Shown: positions 63,165-64,000 of the stretch, piece by piece | Layout: each line of letters opens with the position of its first letter | Position numbering within the stretch: the stretch's first letter is position 1 | Source: an uncultured virus (IMG/VR IMGVR_UViG_3300027739_000008) | Taxonomy: Duplodnaviria; Heunggongvirae; Uroviricota; Caudoviricetes | DNA: 64,000 nucleotides | Strand: one strand, 5' to 3' | Virus record (IMG/VR): IMGVR_UViG_3300027739_000008 | The notes under the pieces: model-generated | What the model saw: only the letters and a program-made list of their open reading frames with translations | Told to the model about the DNA's origin: nothing | Database searches by the model: none | Program-made: the position numbers and the translations under genes

Positions 63165-63837
63165 CATGATTCACGCTGACTGCATGGTCGAAATGGCGAA
63201 AATGAAAGATAAAGAGTTCAATCTGGCAATTGTCGATCCGCCGTATGGGATACAAAAAGGCAATTTAACCGGATTCAAGAAAAAAACAATTCAGCATGAA
63301 CAATCAGAAAAATGCGCCGAATGGGATACTCGCCCGGATAGTTCTTATTTTAAAGAGCTTTTTCGTGTTTCAAAAAACCAAATTATATGGGGAATGCAGT
63401 ATTTTACCGCCGATCTTCCTGATTTTTCACAGCCGATAATATGGGATAAAAAAACAGGTGAAAATTATTTTGCCGACGCCGAATTGGCTTACTGCTCAAT
63501 TCCGGGAACTGCAAGAATATTTCAACACCAATGGTGTGGTGCGTTTAAAGATTCTGAGCGTGGAGAAAAAGCAGTACACGTTAATCAGAAACCCGTCGCC
63601 CTCTACAAATGGCTTCTTTCGCGCTATGCCAAACCCGGCGACAAGATTCTCGATACGCACGGCGGATCCGGCTCAATTTGTATCGCCTGCCACGATCTAG
63701 GATATGATTTGACGTGGATGGAACTCGACGCCGATTATTACAAGGCAGCCTGTGCTCGTTACCAGCTCCACGCCGCGCAAGCCTCATTATTCGCACCCGC
63801 CGAAATCCGGCAACCGGTACAGGTGAATTTGCTATAA
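63157..63837 (+). CDS. N6/N4 DNA methyltransferase (beta class)
   Basis: VDPPYG, IIWG, WDK, H..QKPV.L, ILD.H.GSGS. Confidence 0.92.
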   Translation: MINMIHADCMVEMAKMKDKEFNLAIVDPPYGIQKGNLTGFKKKTIQHEQSEKCAEWDTRPDSSYFKELFRVSKNQIIWGMQYFTADLPDFSQPIIWDKKTGENYFADAELAYCSIPGTARIFQHQWCGAFKDSERGEKAVHVNQKPVALYKWLLSRYAKPGDKILDTHGGSGSICIACHDLGYDLTWMELDADYYKAACARYQLHAAQASLFAPAEIRQPVQVNLL

Positions 63838-64000
63838 TGCCCCGAATCCAGATCAACGCCGTTTATCAACAGTTTTTCCACAAGAACCGGCTACGCGATG
63901 ACGTCCGCTATTTCGAGGTCTATGGCGGCCGGCGTAGCGCGAAATCTTTTGACACGGTGCAAGCTATCTGCCTCACCATCATGCAGGAGCCGGGGCATTT
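63837..64000 (+). CDS. terL: Terminase large subunit, 5' part (unit B, truncated by window)
   Basis: MPRIQINAVYQQ...GGRRSAKSFD as at 24343. Confidence 0.9.
   Translation, partial: MPRIQINAVYQQFFHKNRLRDDVRYFEVYGGRRSAKSFDTVQAICLTIMQEPGH

Larger units (their letters stand above)
40030..64000 (+). repeat. Second, diverged genome unit (B) colinear with 1-~24,500
   Basis: Same gene order from baseplate to terL; offset 40,029 at start and 39,494 at terL. Confidence 0.97.

Noticed and set aside
1..64000. Tandem integrated prophages
   Set aside because: No integrase, attL/attR, CI-like repressor or host genes at any point between the units
1..64000. Alternative genetic code
   Set aside because: Long genes are intact and tightly coupled under the standard bacterial code, with all three stops used

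Overview
The window is entirely tailed-phage DNA with no recognisable host genes. It holds about 1.6 units of a ~40 kb contractile-tailed (myovirus-like) genome joined head-to-tail. Unit A (1-~40,030) runs baseplate/fibre, tRNA + helicase, lysis, leftward accessory/recombination operon, primase + ori, terminase, head, tail. Unit B (~40,030-64,000) repeats the order but is a diverged, mosaic relative with a different fibre tip, endolysin, primase/origin and helicase N-terminus, plus extra homing endonucleases and DNA methyltransferases. I see no integrase, no tyrosine recombinase and no CI-type repressor. The main finding is a set of integron-type gene cassettes in the phage. Six cassettes with attC sites lie behind the lysis genes in unit A (11,788-14,009), two entirely different cassettes lie at the same nucleotide in unit B (51,959-52,673), and a solo cassette with its own promoter and attI-like site sits in the head operon (27,995-28,454). 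The attC hairpins have the canonical two extrahelical bases, and most cassette 5' cores match their own R'' box. All nine cassettes also share a hairpin leader. A second notable locus is a non-coding cluster upstream of the helicase in both units: tRNA(CAT), tRNA-like folds and a conserved RBS-sequestering switch-like RNA. Protein family calls come from motif recall and synteny only; no searches were run.
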